Shown here piece after piece: positions 26,146-34,241 of a stretch of 60,058 nt of DNA. The notes beneath the pieces are model-generated. The model was not told the origin of the DNA and did not search any database. It worked only from the letters and a program-made list of their open reading frames with translations. The translations under genes were made by a program, and so were the position numbers. Every line of letters begins with the position of its first letter. The stretch's first letter is position 1. Source of the DNA: an uncultured Dehalococcoidaceae bacterium (GTDB taxonomy: Bacteria > Chloroflexota > Dehalococcoidia > Dehalococcoidales > RBG-16-60-22); contig CAYPDM010000002.1 in the NCBI GenBank assembly GCA_964409485.1, positions 1-60,058 on the forward strand, written 5' to 3'.

Positions 26146-26487
26146 TTACTCCACCTCGATACTTTCCATGTAGCATTCCCGCCCGGAAACTATCTCGATG
26201 CCCGTTTCGCGGCATTCCGGGCAGGCCCAGTTGCCGTTTTCCGGTGTGAAAACATTATTGCACTGGTGGCAGCGCACAGTGGTGGGCTTCGTTTCAAAGG
26301 CAAGCTCGGCGCCGCCGGCGATGGTGTCCTTAGCCAGAAAGTCGAAATAGAACTGCACGCACTCGCTTACCACGCCGGACAGCTCGCCCACCACCAGGTT
26401 GATGCGGGTGATTTTACCGGCGCTGGCTTCGTTCGCCTTCTCCAGAGCCAGCGATAACATACTCTCCGTAATGCTGAATTCATGCAT
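26146..26487 (-). CDS. hypA: hydrogenase nickel-insertion protein HypA
   Basis: 113 aa. MHEFSI N-terminus, zinc site CHQC...CPEC. Confidence 0.95.
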   Translation of the reverse strand: MHEFSITESMLSLALEKANEASAGKITRINLVVGELSGVVSECVQFYFDFLAKDTIAGGAELAFETKPTTVRCHQCNNVFTPENGNWACPECRETGIEIVSGRECYMESIEVE

Positions 26488-26577
26488 TTTGTTATGGGTG
26501 CCGCTGATGAGGAACAGATACCACCATTTACATTATAGTCCAGTGAGTGTGACGGGGCAAATTTGGGAGTGCGCCGA

Positions 26578-26630
26578 GGGAAGGGGGATAAAGGGGGATA
26601 GGTTCACCAGACCACAACGGGTGAGAATTA
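26578..26630 (+). repeat. right-end fragment of the composite repeat family
   Basis: GGGAAGGGGGATAAAGGGGGATAGGTTCACCAGACCACAACGGGTGAGAATT parallels 52875-52925 (GGGAAGGGGGTTAGGGGGATAGGTTCACCAAAAAACAGGGGTTGAGGTA). Confidence 0.6.
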
Positions 26631-26673
26631 AAAAGTAAACTATGTAAAAAACGGAAAAATATTAGCCCCTCAA

Positions 26674-26702
26674 TTTACTTCCGCCTTATGTTATGTTATA
26701 AT
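26674..26702 (+). promoter_or_regulatory. candidate sigma70-type promoter for rpsO-pnp (TTTACT-N17-TATAAT)
   Basis: Hexamers at 26674-26679 and 26697-26702, with a 17-nt spacer, about 40 nt upstream of the rpsO start. Confidence 0.4.
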
Positions 26703-26743
26703 TTGCCTTGAAAACTAATAATAAAAAGTGGAAGAGGAAAATA

Positions 26744-27007
26744 TTGGAAAAAGAGAAAAAGACCGAAATTATCGGTAATTATCAGGCTCGTGAAGGCGAT
26801 ACCGGCTCGACCGAGGTACAGGTAGCGCTGCTTACCGAGCGGATAAATCAGTTAACGACACATATGACAGCTAACCGTCATGACTATCATACCCAGCGGG
26901 GCTTGCTCAAGCTTGTAGGGCAGAGGCGAAGGCTTTTGGCTTATCTCAGCCGGGAGGACGTAGGGCGGTACAATCAACTTATCAAGAGGCTGGGGCTGCG
27001 TAAGTAA
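26744..27007 (+). CDS. rpsO: 30S ribosomal protein S15
   Basis: Start placed at the TTG preceded by GGAAGAGGAAAATA (the ORF is open from 26708). [24 protein letters not shown]...[23 protein letters not shown]. Confidence 0.93.
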   Translation: MEKEKKTEIIGNYQAREGDTGSTEVQVALLTERINQLTTHMTANRHDYHTQRGLLKLVGQRRRLLAYLSREDVGRYNQLIKRLGLRK

Positions 27008-27033
27008 AGCCTTTTGGATGGAGGAGTAATTCA

Positions 27034-29262
27034 TTGGAACCACAATCATTTAACTGCGACCTTGGAGGTCGTAATCTCATTATTGAAACAGGCAGACTTG
27101 CCCAACAGGCTGACGCTGCGGTAACCGTACGCTACGGCGAGACCGTCATCCTGGTGACGATGTGCTTCAACCGGGAAGCCAGGGAAGGGGTCGATTTTCT
27201 GCCCCTGACCATCGACTACGAAGAGAGACTTTATGCCGCCGGTAAAATACCCGGCGGTTTTATCAGGAGGGAGGGACGTCCCAGCGAGGCCGCTACTCTG
27301 GCCTGCCGGCAGACGGACCGCCCCATACGCCCGCTGCTTCCCAAGACCTGGCACAGCGATATCCAGATAATCACCACCGTGCTCTCTGCCGACCTTGAGA
27401 ACGACCCGGATATACTTTCCGTTCTCGGTGCTTCGGCATGCCTGGCGCTCTCCGAGATTCCGTTCGACGGGCCGGTAGGCGCCGTTAACGTCGGCTATAT
27501 CAACGGCGAGCTTGTACTGAATCCCAGGATGGCACAGCTGGAAGAAAGCCAGCTGGACCTTATCGTCGTCAGCACCAGGGATAAGGTTATCATGGTGGAA
27601 GCCGGGGCCAAGGAAATCTCCGAGGACATTGTGCTTCAGGCGGTTAAATTCGCCCACGAGGCCAACCAGAGTATCATTGGAATTCAGGAACAGCTTCAGA
27701 AGGCGGTGGGTAAGCCCAAGCTGACTCTCCCCATGGAAGAAGCTAACGCGGAGGCGGTCGCGGCGGTTGCCGGGTTTGCCGACGATAAGATATCGCAGGC
27801 TCTTGATATCGCCGATAGGGCGCAGCGCGAGCAGGCGATGGACGAACTGAAAGCCGGGCTTCTGGAGAAATTCGCCGAAACATACCAGGAGAAGGAAATC
27901 CTGGAAGCTCTTGATGTCAGATATAAATACGTGCTAAGAACGCGCATACTGGATAAGCAGAAGCGCATCGGCGGACGCGGCATTACCGAGATACGTCCCC
28001 TTAGCTGTGAGGTGGGACTGCTGCCGCGTACCCACGGCTCCGGCCTGTTCAACCGGGGAATGACCCAGGTGCTGACCATTACCACGCTGGGCTCCACCCG
28101 CAAGGAGCAGATGCTGGACGGCCTGGGAATAGAGGAAAGCAAACGCTTCATGCACCACTATAACTTCCCCGGCTTCTCCAATGGCGAGGTAAGACGCGTC
28201 GGCTCTACCAGTCGACGCGAAATAGGTCACGGCGCCCTGGCCGAAAGGGCCCTGCTCCCGGTGCTGCCTGCTGACGAGGATTTTCCCTATGCCATACGCC
28301 TTGTCTCGGAAGTTTTAAGTTCTAACGGCAGTACTTCCATGGCCAGTGTCTGCGCCGGCAGCCTTTCGCTGATGGATGCGGGCATTCCACTGAAGAGGGC
28401 TGTGGCAGGTATTGCCATGGGACTGATTACCGGTGAAGACGGTAAATTCGTGGTCTTGACCGACCTTGAAGGACAGGAAGACTTCAACGGCGATATGGAT
28501 TTCAAAATAGCCGGCACTCGCGATGGTATTACCGCGATTCAGATGGATACCAAGCTGAAAGGCTTAAGTCTTGAAATTGTAGAGAAGACGCTGACTCAGG
28601 CTAAAGAGGGTCGCCTGGTAATTCTCGATAAGATGTCTCAGACTATCGATGCCAGCCGGCCGGACGTCAGTCCCTTCGCTCCGAGGATGACCAAGATAAA
28701 AATCGACCCCAGTAAAATCGGGGCGGTTATCGGTACCGGCGGCAAGACCATCAGGTCCATCATCGAGGAGACCAAGACGACAATTGATGTTACTGACGAC
28801 GGCACCGTGGTAATCGGCTCGCCGGATATGGAAGCCACTCAGAAAGCTATCGCCATCATTGAAGGGCTGACCCGCGAAGCGCAAATCGGTGATATCTTTA
28901 CCGGAAAGGTGTCGCGTATCCTTGACTTCGGCGCCATGGTGGAGATTCTCCCCGGCAAGGACGGGCTGGTGCATATCAGCGAGCTGGCGGACTATCGCGT
29001 GGGCAAGGTTGAAGACGAGGTTAAAATCGGCGATGAAGTTACCGTTAAGGTAATCGCCGTCGATAACCTGGGCAGGGTAAACCTGTCGCGTCGGGCTGTC
29101 TTTGAAGAAGGTACGGAAAAGGCTGCCGCCCGTGAAGGTGCGCGCCAGGAAAGGCGCGGCGGCTCATCCGGTTTTCGTAACAACCGGCCGCGTTATTCCG
29201 GCGGCGACCGTCAGCAGAGACCGGACCGTGGCCCTTCCCGCCCTCCTTATAAACCTAGCTAA
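27034..29262 (+). CDS. pnp: polyribonucleotide nucleotidyltransferase (PNPase) with an Arg/Gly/Pro-rich C-terminal tail
   Basis: 742 aa. TTG start after GGAGGAG. Two RNase PH domains, KH and S1 domains. Tail RQERRGGSSGFRNNRPRYSGGDRQQRPDRGPSRPPYKPS. Confidence 0.96.
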   Translation: MEPQSFNCDLGGRNLIIETGRLAQQADAAVTVRYGETVILVTMCFNREAREGVDFLPLTIDYEERLYAAGKIPGGFIRREGRPSEAATLACRQTDRPIRPLLPKTWHSDIQIITTVLSADLENDPDILSVLGASACLALSEIPFDGPVGAVNVGYINGELVLNPRMAQLEESQLDLIVVSTRDKVIMVEAGAKEISEDIVLQAVKFAHEANQSIIGIQEQLQKAVGKPKLTLPMEEANAEAVAAVAGFADDKISQALDIADRAQREQAMDELKAGLLEKFAETYQEKEILEALDVRYKYVLRTRILDKQKRIGGRGITEIRPLSCEVGLLPRTHGSGLFNRGMTQVLTITTLGSTRKEQMLDGLGIEESKRFMHHYNFPGFSNGEVRRVGSTSRREIGHGALAERALLPVLPADEDFPYAIRLVSEVLSSNGSTSMASVCAGSLSLMDAGIPLKRAVAGIAMGLITGEDGKFVVLTDLEGQEDFNGDMDFKIAGTRDGITAIQMDTKLKGLSLEIVEKTLTQAKEGRLVILDKMSQTIDASRPDVSPFAPRMTKIKIDPSKIGAVIGTGGKTIRSIIEETKTTIDVTDDGTVVIGSPDMEATQKAIAIIEGLTREAQIGDIFTGKVSRILDFGAMVEILPGKDGLVHISELADYRVGKVEDEVKIGDEVTVKVIAVDNLGRVNLSRRAVFEEGTEKAAAREGARQERRGGSSGFRNNRPRYSGGDRQQRPDRGPSRPPYKPS

Positions 29263-29294
29263 TATCTTCCCCATTTTAAGTGAGGTGTTCTGTC

Positions 29295-30089
29295 ATGGAA
29301 CGGATTAAGGTAGTGGTATATGGAGCGTTGGGCAGGGTAGGGCAGGAGGTGGTAAAAGCCGTTTGTCTGGACGCGGAAACGCAGCTGGTCGGCGCCGTGG
29401 ACGTCAAGGTCTCCGGGGAGCAGCTGGCTCTACCGGATGGTTCCGGTACGGTGCCTTTCTCGGATGACCTTGCCGCCGTCATTGAAGACTGCCGGCCCGA
29501 TGTAATCGTCGATTTCAGTATCGCCGGCGCCAGTATGCCGGCCGTGCGTACGGCATCGCGACGCGGCGTTAATATGGTTATCGGCACTACCGGCTTCACC
29601 GCGGATGACCTCGACGAGATGAAAAAATTAGCCGAGGCTAACGAAATCGGTATCATGGTGGCGCCCAATTTCGCTCTCGGGGCCGTCCTCATGATGCACC
29701 TGGCCAAAATCGCCGGGAAATATCTCGACCATGCGGAAATTATAGAGCTTCACCACGACCGCAAGCTGGATGCCCCTTCGGGCACTTCCCAGACTACCGC
29801 CCGGGACATGGCTAAGGCCAGGGGCAAGCCATTCCTCCCGCCGGCGGTAGTGGGAGAGGACTCGCCGGCTCGCGGGAAATCGGTTGAAGGCATTAACATA
29901 CACAGTGTCCGTCTCCCCGGCTATATGGCGCACCAGGAAGTGATTCTGGGAGGAGACGGGCAGACGTTGAGGATAAGGCATGACCAGATAAGCCGGGAGG
30001 CCTTTATGCCCGGCGTATTGCTGGCCGTTAAAGAAATAATTAAGCGTAAGGGATTTATTTACGGTCTGGATAAATTACTGGATCTGTGA
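29295..30089 (+). CDS. dapB: 4-hydroxy-tetrahydrodipicolinate reductase
   Basis: ATG after GTGAGGTG (the ORF is open from 29280). GALGRVGQ and ELHHDRKLDAPSGT motifs. Confidence 0.93.
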   Translation: MERIKVVVYGALGRVGQEVVKAVCLDAETQLVGAVDVKVSGEQLALPDGSGTVPFSDDLAAVIEDCRPDVIVDFSIAGASMPAVRTASRRGVNMVIGTTGFTADDLDEMKKLAEANEIGIMVAPNFALGAVLMMHLAKIAGKYLDHAEIIELHHDRKLDAPSGTSQTTARDMAKARGKPFLPPAVVGEDSPARGKSVEGINIHSVRLPGYMAHQEVILGGDGQTLRIRHDQISREAFMPGVLLAVKEIIKRKGFIYGLDKLLDL

Positions 30090-31132
30090 GGGAAAAAGTG
30101 AAGGACTATCATGTAGCTATAGTGGGGGCTACCGGGCTGGTGGGGCACGAATTTATTAAAATTCTGCACCAGCGGAATTTCCCCATGGCCTCGCTTCGGC
30201 TTTTAGCCTCGGACCGCTCGGCGGGCAGGAAACTGCCGGTCGGCGGCCGGGAAATCGAGGTGGAAGAGACCAACGCCGATTCTTTTGAGGGGGTGGAAAT
30301 CGCCCTGTTTTCGGCCGGCGCTGACCAGAGTCGCCATTTTTCGCCGATTGCCGCCAGAGCCGGCGCGGTCGTCGTGGATAACAGCTCGGCCTGGAGGATG
30401 GATAAAAACGTGCCGCTGGTGGTGCCCGAGGTCAACCCCGAGGATATCAGGCTGCATAAGGGCATTATCGCCAATCCCAACTGCTCCACCATTCAAATGG
30501 TCATGGCATTATATCCCCTGCACAAGGTCAACCCTATCAAGCGTGTCGTGGTCGATACCTATCAGTCGGTTTCCGGTGTCGGCGGCGCCGCGGCGCTGGA
30601 CGAGTTGAGGACGCAGGCCAGGCAGGTGCTGGACGGACAGGAGACCGTTCCCCATGTTTTCTCCCACCAGATAGCCTTTAACGTGCTGCCGGAGATAGAT
30701 GTTTTTCTGGATAACGGCTACAGCATGGAAGAATGGAAAATGCTGGAGGAGTCCAGGAAGATAATGCACGCTTATGATATGCTCGTATCGGCTACCTGCG
30801 TGCGCGTGCCGGTGCTGGTGAGTCACAGCGAGGCGGTCCACGTGGAATTTACACGTCCGATGGCGGTAGAGGAAGCCGTGCAAATCCTCTCCCGTGCTCC
30901 GGGAGTGAGGGTGCTGGATGATACCGCTATCAGCCTGTATCCACAGGCGTGGTCGGCGGCCGGCACCGACGAGACCTTCGTCGGCCGTATCCGGAAGGAT
31001 ATCTCGCATGACAACGGCCTGGCTATGTGGATTGTCGCTGATAACCTGCGCAAGGGAGCGGCTCTCAATACCATCCAGATTGCCGAAGAGATGATAAAGC
31101 GCGACTGGGTGAAGCCGGAAGGAGGCCAGTAG
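30086..31132 (+). CDS. asd: aspartate-semialdehyde dehydrogenase
   Basis: GATGLVG, active-site NPNCSTI. The GTG at 30086 overlaps the dapB stop; an alternative GTG at 30098 follows GAGGG. Confidence 0.93.
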   Translation: MREKVKDYHVAIVGATGLVGHEFIKILHQRNFPMASLRLLASDRSAGRKLPVGGREIEVEETNADSFEGVEIALFSAGADQSRHFSPIAARAGAVVVDNSSAWRMDKNVPLVVPEVNPEDIRLHKGIIANPNCSTIQMVMALYPLHKVNPIKRVVVDTYQSVSGVGGAAALDELRTQARQVLDGQETVPHVFSHQIAFNVLPEIDVFLDNGYSMEEWKMLEESRKIMHAYDMLVSATCVRVPVLVSHSEAVHVEFTRPMAVEEAVQILSRAPGVRVLDDTAISLYPQAWSAAGTDETFVGRIRKDISHDNGLAMWIVADNLRKGAALNTIQIAEEMIKRDWVKPEGGQ

Positions 31133-31134
31133 CA

Positions 31135-32025
31135 ATGAAGAAGCTGGGACGGTTTTTAACAGCTATGGTAACCCCGTTCAAGGAAAACGGGGAAGTCGAC
31201 TACGAACAGGCTAAAAAACTGGCGCTGGCCCTGCTCGATTCGGGGAGCGACGGATTGGTGGTGGCCGCCACCACCGGGGAAGCGCCGACGCTTTCCTGGG
31301 AGGAAGAACTGCGCCTGTTTACCGAGATTAAATCAGTGGCGGGCGGTAGGGGGACTGTTGTCGCCTATACCGGCAGCAACAGCACCACCGAGGCCGTGGA
31401 AGCCACCAGGGGCGCGGAGGAAATAGGCGTGGACGCCTGTCTTTCGGTGGTGCCTTATTATAACAAGCCCACCCAGGAAGGCATCTATCAGCACTTCAAG
31501 ACCGTCGCGGAAAGTACCAGCTTACCCATTATCATGTACAACATACCTTCACGCGTGATTGTCAATATGACGCCGGAGACTATTATCCGCTTGAGTCAGT
31601 TGGATAACATCGTCGGCGTCAAGGAAGCCAACGGCGACATGGAACACGTCGCCCGGGTAATCAGCGATGCCGCCGAAGGCTTTAACGTCTGGAGCGGTAA
31701 TGACAACGATACCTTTCCCATCATGACCCTCGGCGGATACGGCGTCATCGGCGTGGTTACGCACCTCGTCGGCAGGCAGGTCAGGAAGATGATGGAATAT
31801 GTTCTGGATAATAATGTGAAAGACGCCGCGGCCATTCACCGCCACCTGGTGCCGCTGGTAAAAACGCTGTTTATCCAGCCCAACCCCGGCCCGGTGAAGT
31901 TCGCCCTCAACCATATTGGAATGAGGGTGGGCCCGCCGCGCTTGCCCCTCCTCCCCCCCGACGAGCAGACCGGCGCTCAAATCATCGAGGTCCTGAAAAA
32001 CTACGAGATAGACATCAAGCCGTAA
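31135..32025 (+). CDS. dapA: 4-hydroxy-tetrahydrodipicolinate synthase
   Basis: 296 aa. TTGE, YNIPSR and the Schiff-base Lys context VGVKEA. Confidence 0.95.
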   Translation: MKKLGRFLTAMVTPFKENGEVDYEQAKKLALALLDSGSDGLVVAATTGEAPTLSWEEELRLFTEIKSVAGGRGTVVAYTGSNSTTEAVEATRGAEEIGVDACLSVVPYYNKPTQEGIYQHFKTVAESTSLPIIMYNIPSRVIVNMTPETIIRLSQLDNIVGVKEANGDMEHVARVISDAAEGFNVWSGNDNDTFPIMTLGGYGVIGVVTHLVGRQVRKMMEYVLDNNVKDAAAIHRHLVPLVKTLFIQPNPGPVKFALNHIGMRVGPPRLPLLPPDEQTGAQIIEVLKNYEIDIKP

Positions 32026-32082
32026 ATTCATTTACTGATGAATATGTAAAAAAGGGGGGGTTTAACGCCCCCCTCTCCTTTA

Positions 32083-32151
32083 CCCCCCCCCCCCCCCCGT
32101 TTTATATCTTTTCCCACCCGCGCCGCCCTCGCATCATCGGCGGCTTAGCCC
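32083..32151 (+). repeat. C16 homopolymer fused to a left-box copy of the composite repeat family
   Basis: 16 consecutive C (32083-32098), then GTTTTATATCTTTTCCCACCCGCGCCGCCCTCGCATCATCGGCGGCTTAGCCC. Confidence 0.75.
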
Positions 32152-32175
32152 GTATTTCTTTACCTGCAAACTGTA

Positions 32176-32204
32176 TTGACAACATCGGATGTAAAGGATA
32201 CTAT
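32176..32204 (+). promoter_or_regulatory. candidate promoter of the arsR-family gene (TTGACA-N17-TACTAT)
   Basis: Perfect -35 at 32176-32181, -10 at 32199-32204. Confidence 0.5.
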
Positions 32205-32210
32205 TAAGCA

Positions 32211-32228
32211 TATTAGTGAAAACTAATA
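32211..32228. promoter_or_regulatory. perfect inverted repeat TATTAGT-GAAA-ACTAATA, candidate ArsR-family operator
   Basis: Lies between the candidate -10 and the ATG at 32232. Confidence 0.4.
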
Positions 32229-32231
32229 ATT

Positions 32232-32552
32232 ATGAAAAAAGAAACCGATACAGCAAAACAAACGGAAGAACAGGCGGCCCTGTTTAAAGCCTTGGCAGAC
32301 CCCACGCGTCTTAAACTCGTCAAGCTGCTCTGTCGTAAGGGTGTTCAAGAAGCTCTCTGTGTCAATGCTTTGGCCAGGCGTCTCGGTGTTACCCAATCGG
32401 CGGTATCGCAGCACTTGCGCATCCTGAAAAACGTCGGCCTTGTTCGGGGAGAAAGACGTGGTTACCATGTCCATTATGCCGTGGACCGCGAGGCAATGGA
32501 ACGCGTCCGCTCCCTCCTGTCGATGGTGCTGGCGGTGGAAATGTTGGAATAA
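32232..32552 (+). CDS. ArsR/SmtB-family transcriptional regulator
   Basis: 106 aa. LFKALADPTRLKLVKLL...LARRLGVTQSAVSQHLRILKNVGLV winged HTH. Confidence 0.9.
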   Translation: MKKETDTAKQTEEQAALFKALADPTRLKLVKLLCRKGVQEALCVNALARRLGVTQSAVSQHLRILKNVGLVRGERRGYHVHYAVDREAMERVRSLLSMVLAVEMLE

Positions 32553-32682
32553 GTATCAATACTGTGTAAGCAAATACTGTAAAAATTAAACATGATGTCC
32601 GTTATTGCCTGTTGCCGCTGCTGAACGTATATCGTAATTCCTGCACCTGTTTGATGGAACGGTCTCTTTATTGTAATATATG

Positions 32683-32700
32683 AGTAATTAAGCAATTACT
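32683..32700. promoter_or_regulatory. perfect inverted repeat AGTAATT-AAGC-AATTACT upstream of the split permease genes
   Basis: 7-bp arms, 37 nt upstream of the ATG at 32737. Shares the ACTAAT core with the 32211 repeat. Confidence 0.3.
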
Positions 32701-32736
32701 AATATTTAAATTTTACTGACTACGCGGTACGATAAG

Positions 32737-33222
32737 ATGTTTTATTACCTGTATGTTATAGCCGGTTTAGCTCTGCTGGTGTCTTTCTTTACCAACCGTA
32801 ATAAGACACTCAAAGCACTCAAGATAGCTGCTAGAAGATTCATTAACATTTTGCCCGCCTTTCTGGTGATGCTCGTTCTTATTTCCGTTATTCTGTTTCT
32901 GGTTCCGGACGAAATGATTTCACGCTATCTCGGAACCGGCAACAAAGCTGTCGGAGTTGTCCTGGCGGCTGTTCTGGGTTCCGTAACGCTGATGCCCGGC
33001 TTCGTCGCTTTTCCGTTAAGCGGTATTTTATTGCAGAAGGGCGTCGCATATACGGTCATAGCCACTTTCACGACCACTTTGATGATGGTGGGCGTGGTTA
33101 CCTACCCGATAGAAAAGGCATATTTTGGTGCTAAAGTAACGATTTTAAGAAACGCCGTCGGTTTATTGATTGCCCTTTGTATCGCTGCGGTAATAGGTAT
33201 TTTTTTCGGAGAAATATTCTGA
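32737..33222 (+). CDS. permease half-protein (UPF0718-type, two-component membrane permease subunit)
   Basis: 161 aa, 4-5 TM. GSVTLMPGFVAFPL resembles the second half-repeat of the 6172..7170 permease. TGATG overlap with the next gene. Confidence 0.7.
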   Translation: MFYYLYVIAGLALLVSFFTNRNKTLKALKIAARRFINILPAFLVMLVLISVILFLVPDEMISRYLGTGNKAVGVVLAAVLGSVTLMPGFVAFPLSGILLQKGVAYTVIATFTTTLMMVGVVTYPIEKAYFGAKVTILRNAVGLLIALCIAAVIGIFFGEIF

Positions 33223-33749
33223 TGAAACGGAGCAGTATCGTCAAGCTGGCGGGCCTGGTCGCTTATGTCGCCTTCATTGTGGTTTCGTTATCGCTGAATT
33301 ACGGTCCCGGCGAAGAAATAGCCTGGAACTTTGCCTCGTTTTCTCTGGATATGCTTAAGATAATACCCGGTGCCTTCATATTGATAGGGCTGTTCGATGT
33401 CTGGGTGAAAAGGGAGACGGTTGAAAAGCATCTCGGTGAGGGGGCCGGTATCCAGGGATATGTGTGGGTGGTACTTCTGGCCGGAGCTACCGTAGGCGGA
33501 CTGTATGTGGCTTTTCCCGTCGCCTATTCCATGTACAGAAAAGGGGCTAAGCTAAGTATTATCTTTACCTATGTTGGCGCTGCCGCCGTCTGTAGAATCC
33601 CGATGACTATTTTTGAAGCGTCTTTCCTGGGTATAAGTTTCACCGTAATAAGGCTGGGGGTTTCTTTAGCTCTGGTGATTATATCGGCGATACTGTTCGG
33701 TAACTATCTCAAGAAGAGGAATTATAAAATCAGCGATGGGAGTGGCTAA
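33222..33749 (+). CDS. permease half-protein (partner of 32737..33222)
   Basis: Start at MKRSSIVKL (ATG overlapping the upstream TGA; the ORF is open from 33177). Hydrophobic, WVKRETVEKHLGEG motif like WVEKHLGGKG of 6172..7170. Confidence 0.7.
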   Translation: MKRSSIVKLAGLVAYVAFIVVSLSLNYGPGEEIAWNFASFSLDMLKIIPGAFILIGLFDVWVKRETVEKHLGEGAGIQGYVWVVLLAGATVGGLYVAFPVAYSMYRKGAKLSIIFTYVGAAAVCRIPMTIFEASFLGISFTVIRLGVSLALVIISAILFGNYLKKRNYKISDGSG

Positions 33750-33764
33750 TAATTGCAGGACTAA

Positions 33765-34235
33765 CTAAAGGCCGTCGCTGTCTTTGAAATATAACTTGAA
33801 ACCGTGAGCAGAGGCCTCAAATCCCATCGATTCATAGAACCGGTGGGCCTCCTCCCGCCGCCTGTCGCTGGTTAACATAATCTTATAGCACCCAGCCTCT
33901 TTTGACCGCGCCACGATATCATCCATCAGCGCCCTGCCGATTCCCTTCCTCCGGCATTTCTCGTCCACCACCACGTATTCCACCACCGCGAAAGGCGAAA
34001 CGCCGCGCGCCATGCCCGGCAGTATCGCCATCACCATTGTCCCGAGGATTTCACCGTCCTCCTCGGCCACCAGCAGCTCGTACCCCGGCAGCGCGGCCAT
34101 CTCGTTAAAGACGCGCCGGTATTCCTCCGGAGAAGGGTAGGGGGCGCCTTCGGGCGGGGGTGTGAAAGCCAGCTGCAGGTACAGTTTCTGGATGCGGGGT
34201 ATGTCCTGCTCGGTCGCCTGCCTGACGGTTGCCAT
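33765..34235 (-). CDS. GNAT-family N-acetyltransferase
   Basis: 156 aa. Acetyl-CoA motif VVVDEKCRRKGIGRALM. Confidence 0.88.
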   Translation of the reverse strand: MATVRQATEQDIPRIQKLYLQLAFTPPPEGAPYPSPEEYRRVFNEMAALPGYELLVAEEDGEILGTMVMAILPGMARGVSPFAVVEYVVVDEKCRRKGIGRALMDDIVARSKEAGCYKIMLTSDRRREEAHRFYESMGFEASAHGFKLYFKDSDGL

Positions 34236-34241
34236 GATGCC

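Noticed and set aside
32054-32073. G7-TTTAACG-C6 hairpin after dapA as an intrinsic terminator
   Set aside because: The stem is only homopolymeric G:C and is followed by TCTCCTTTAC rather than a T-tract. It may simply be part of the adjacent C-rich repeat edge.
32592-32624. Mini-ORF MMSVIACCRC followed by UGA in the ArsR-permease spacer (possible Cys-rich leader peptide or Sec peptide)
   Set aside because: Only 10 codons, with no SD and no SECIS-like structure after the UGA. Continuing through the UGA hits another UGA 9 codons later. This is most likely chance.
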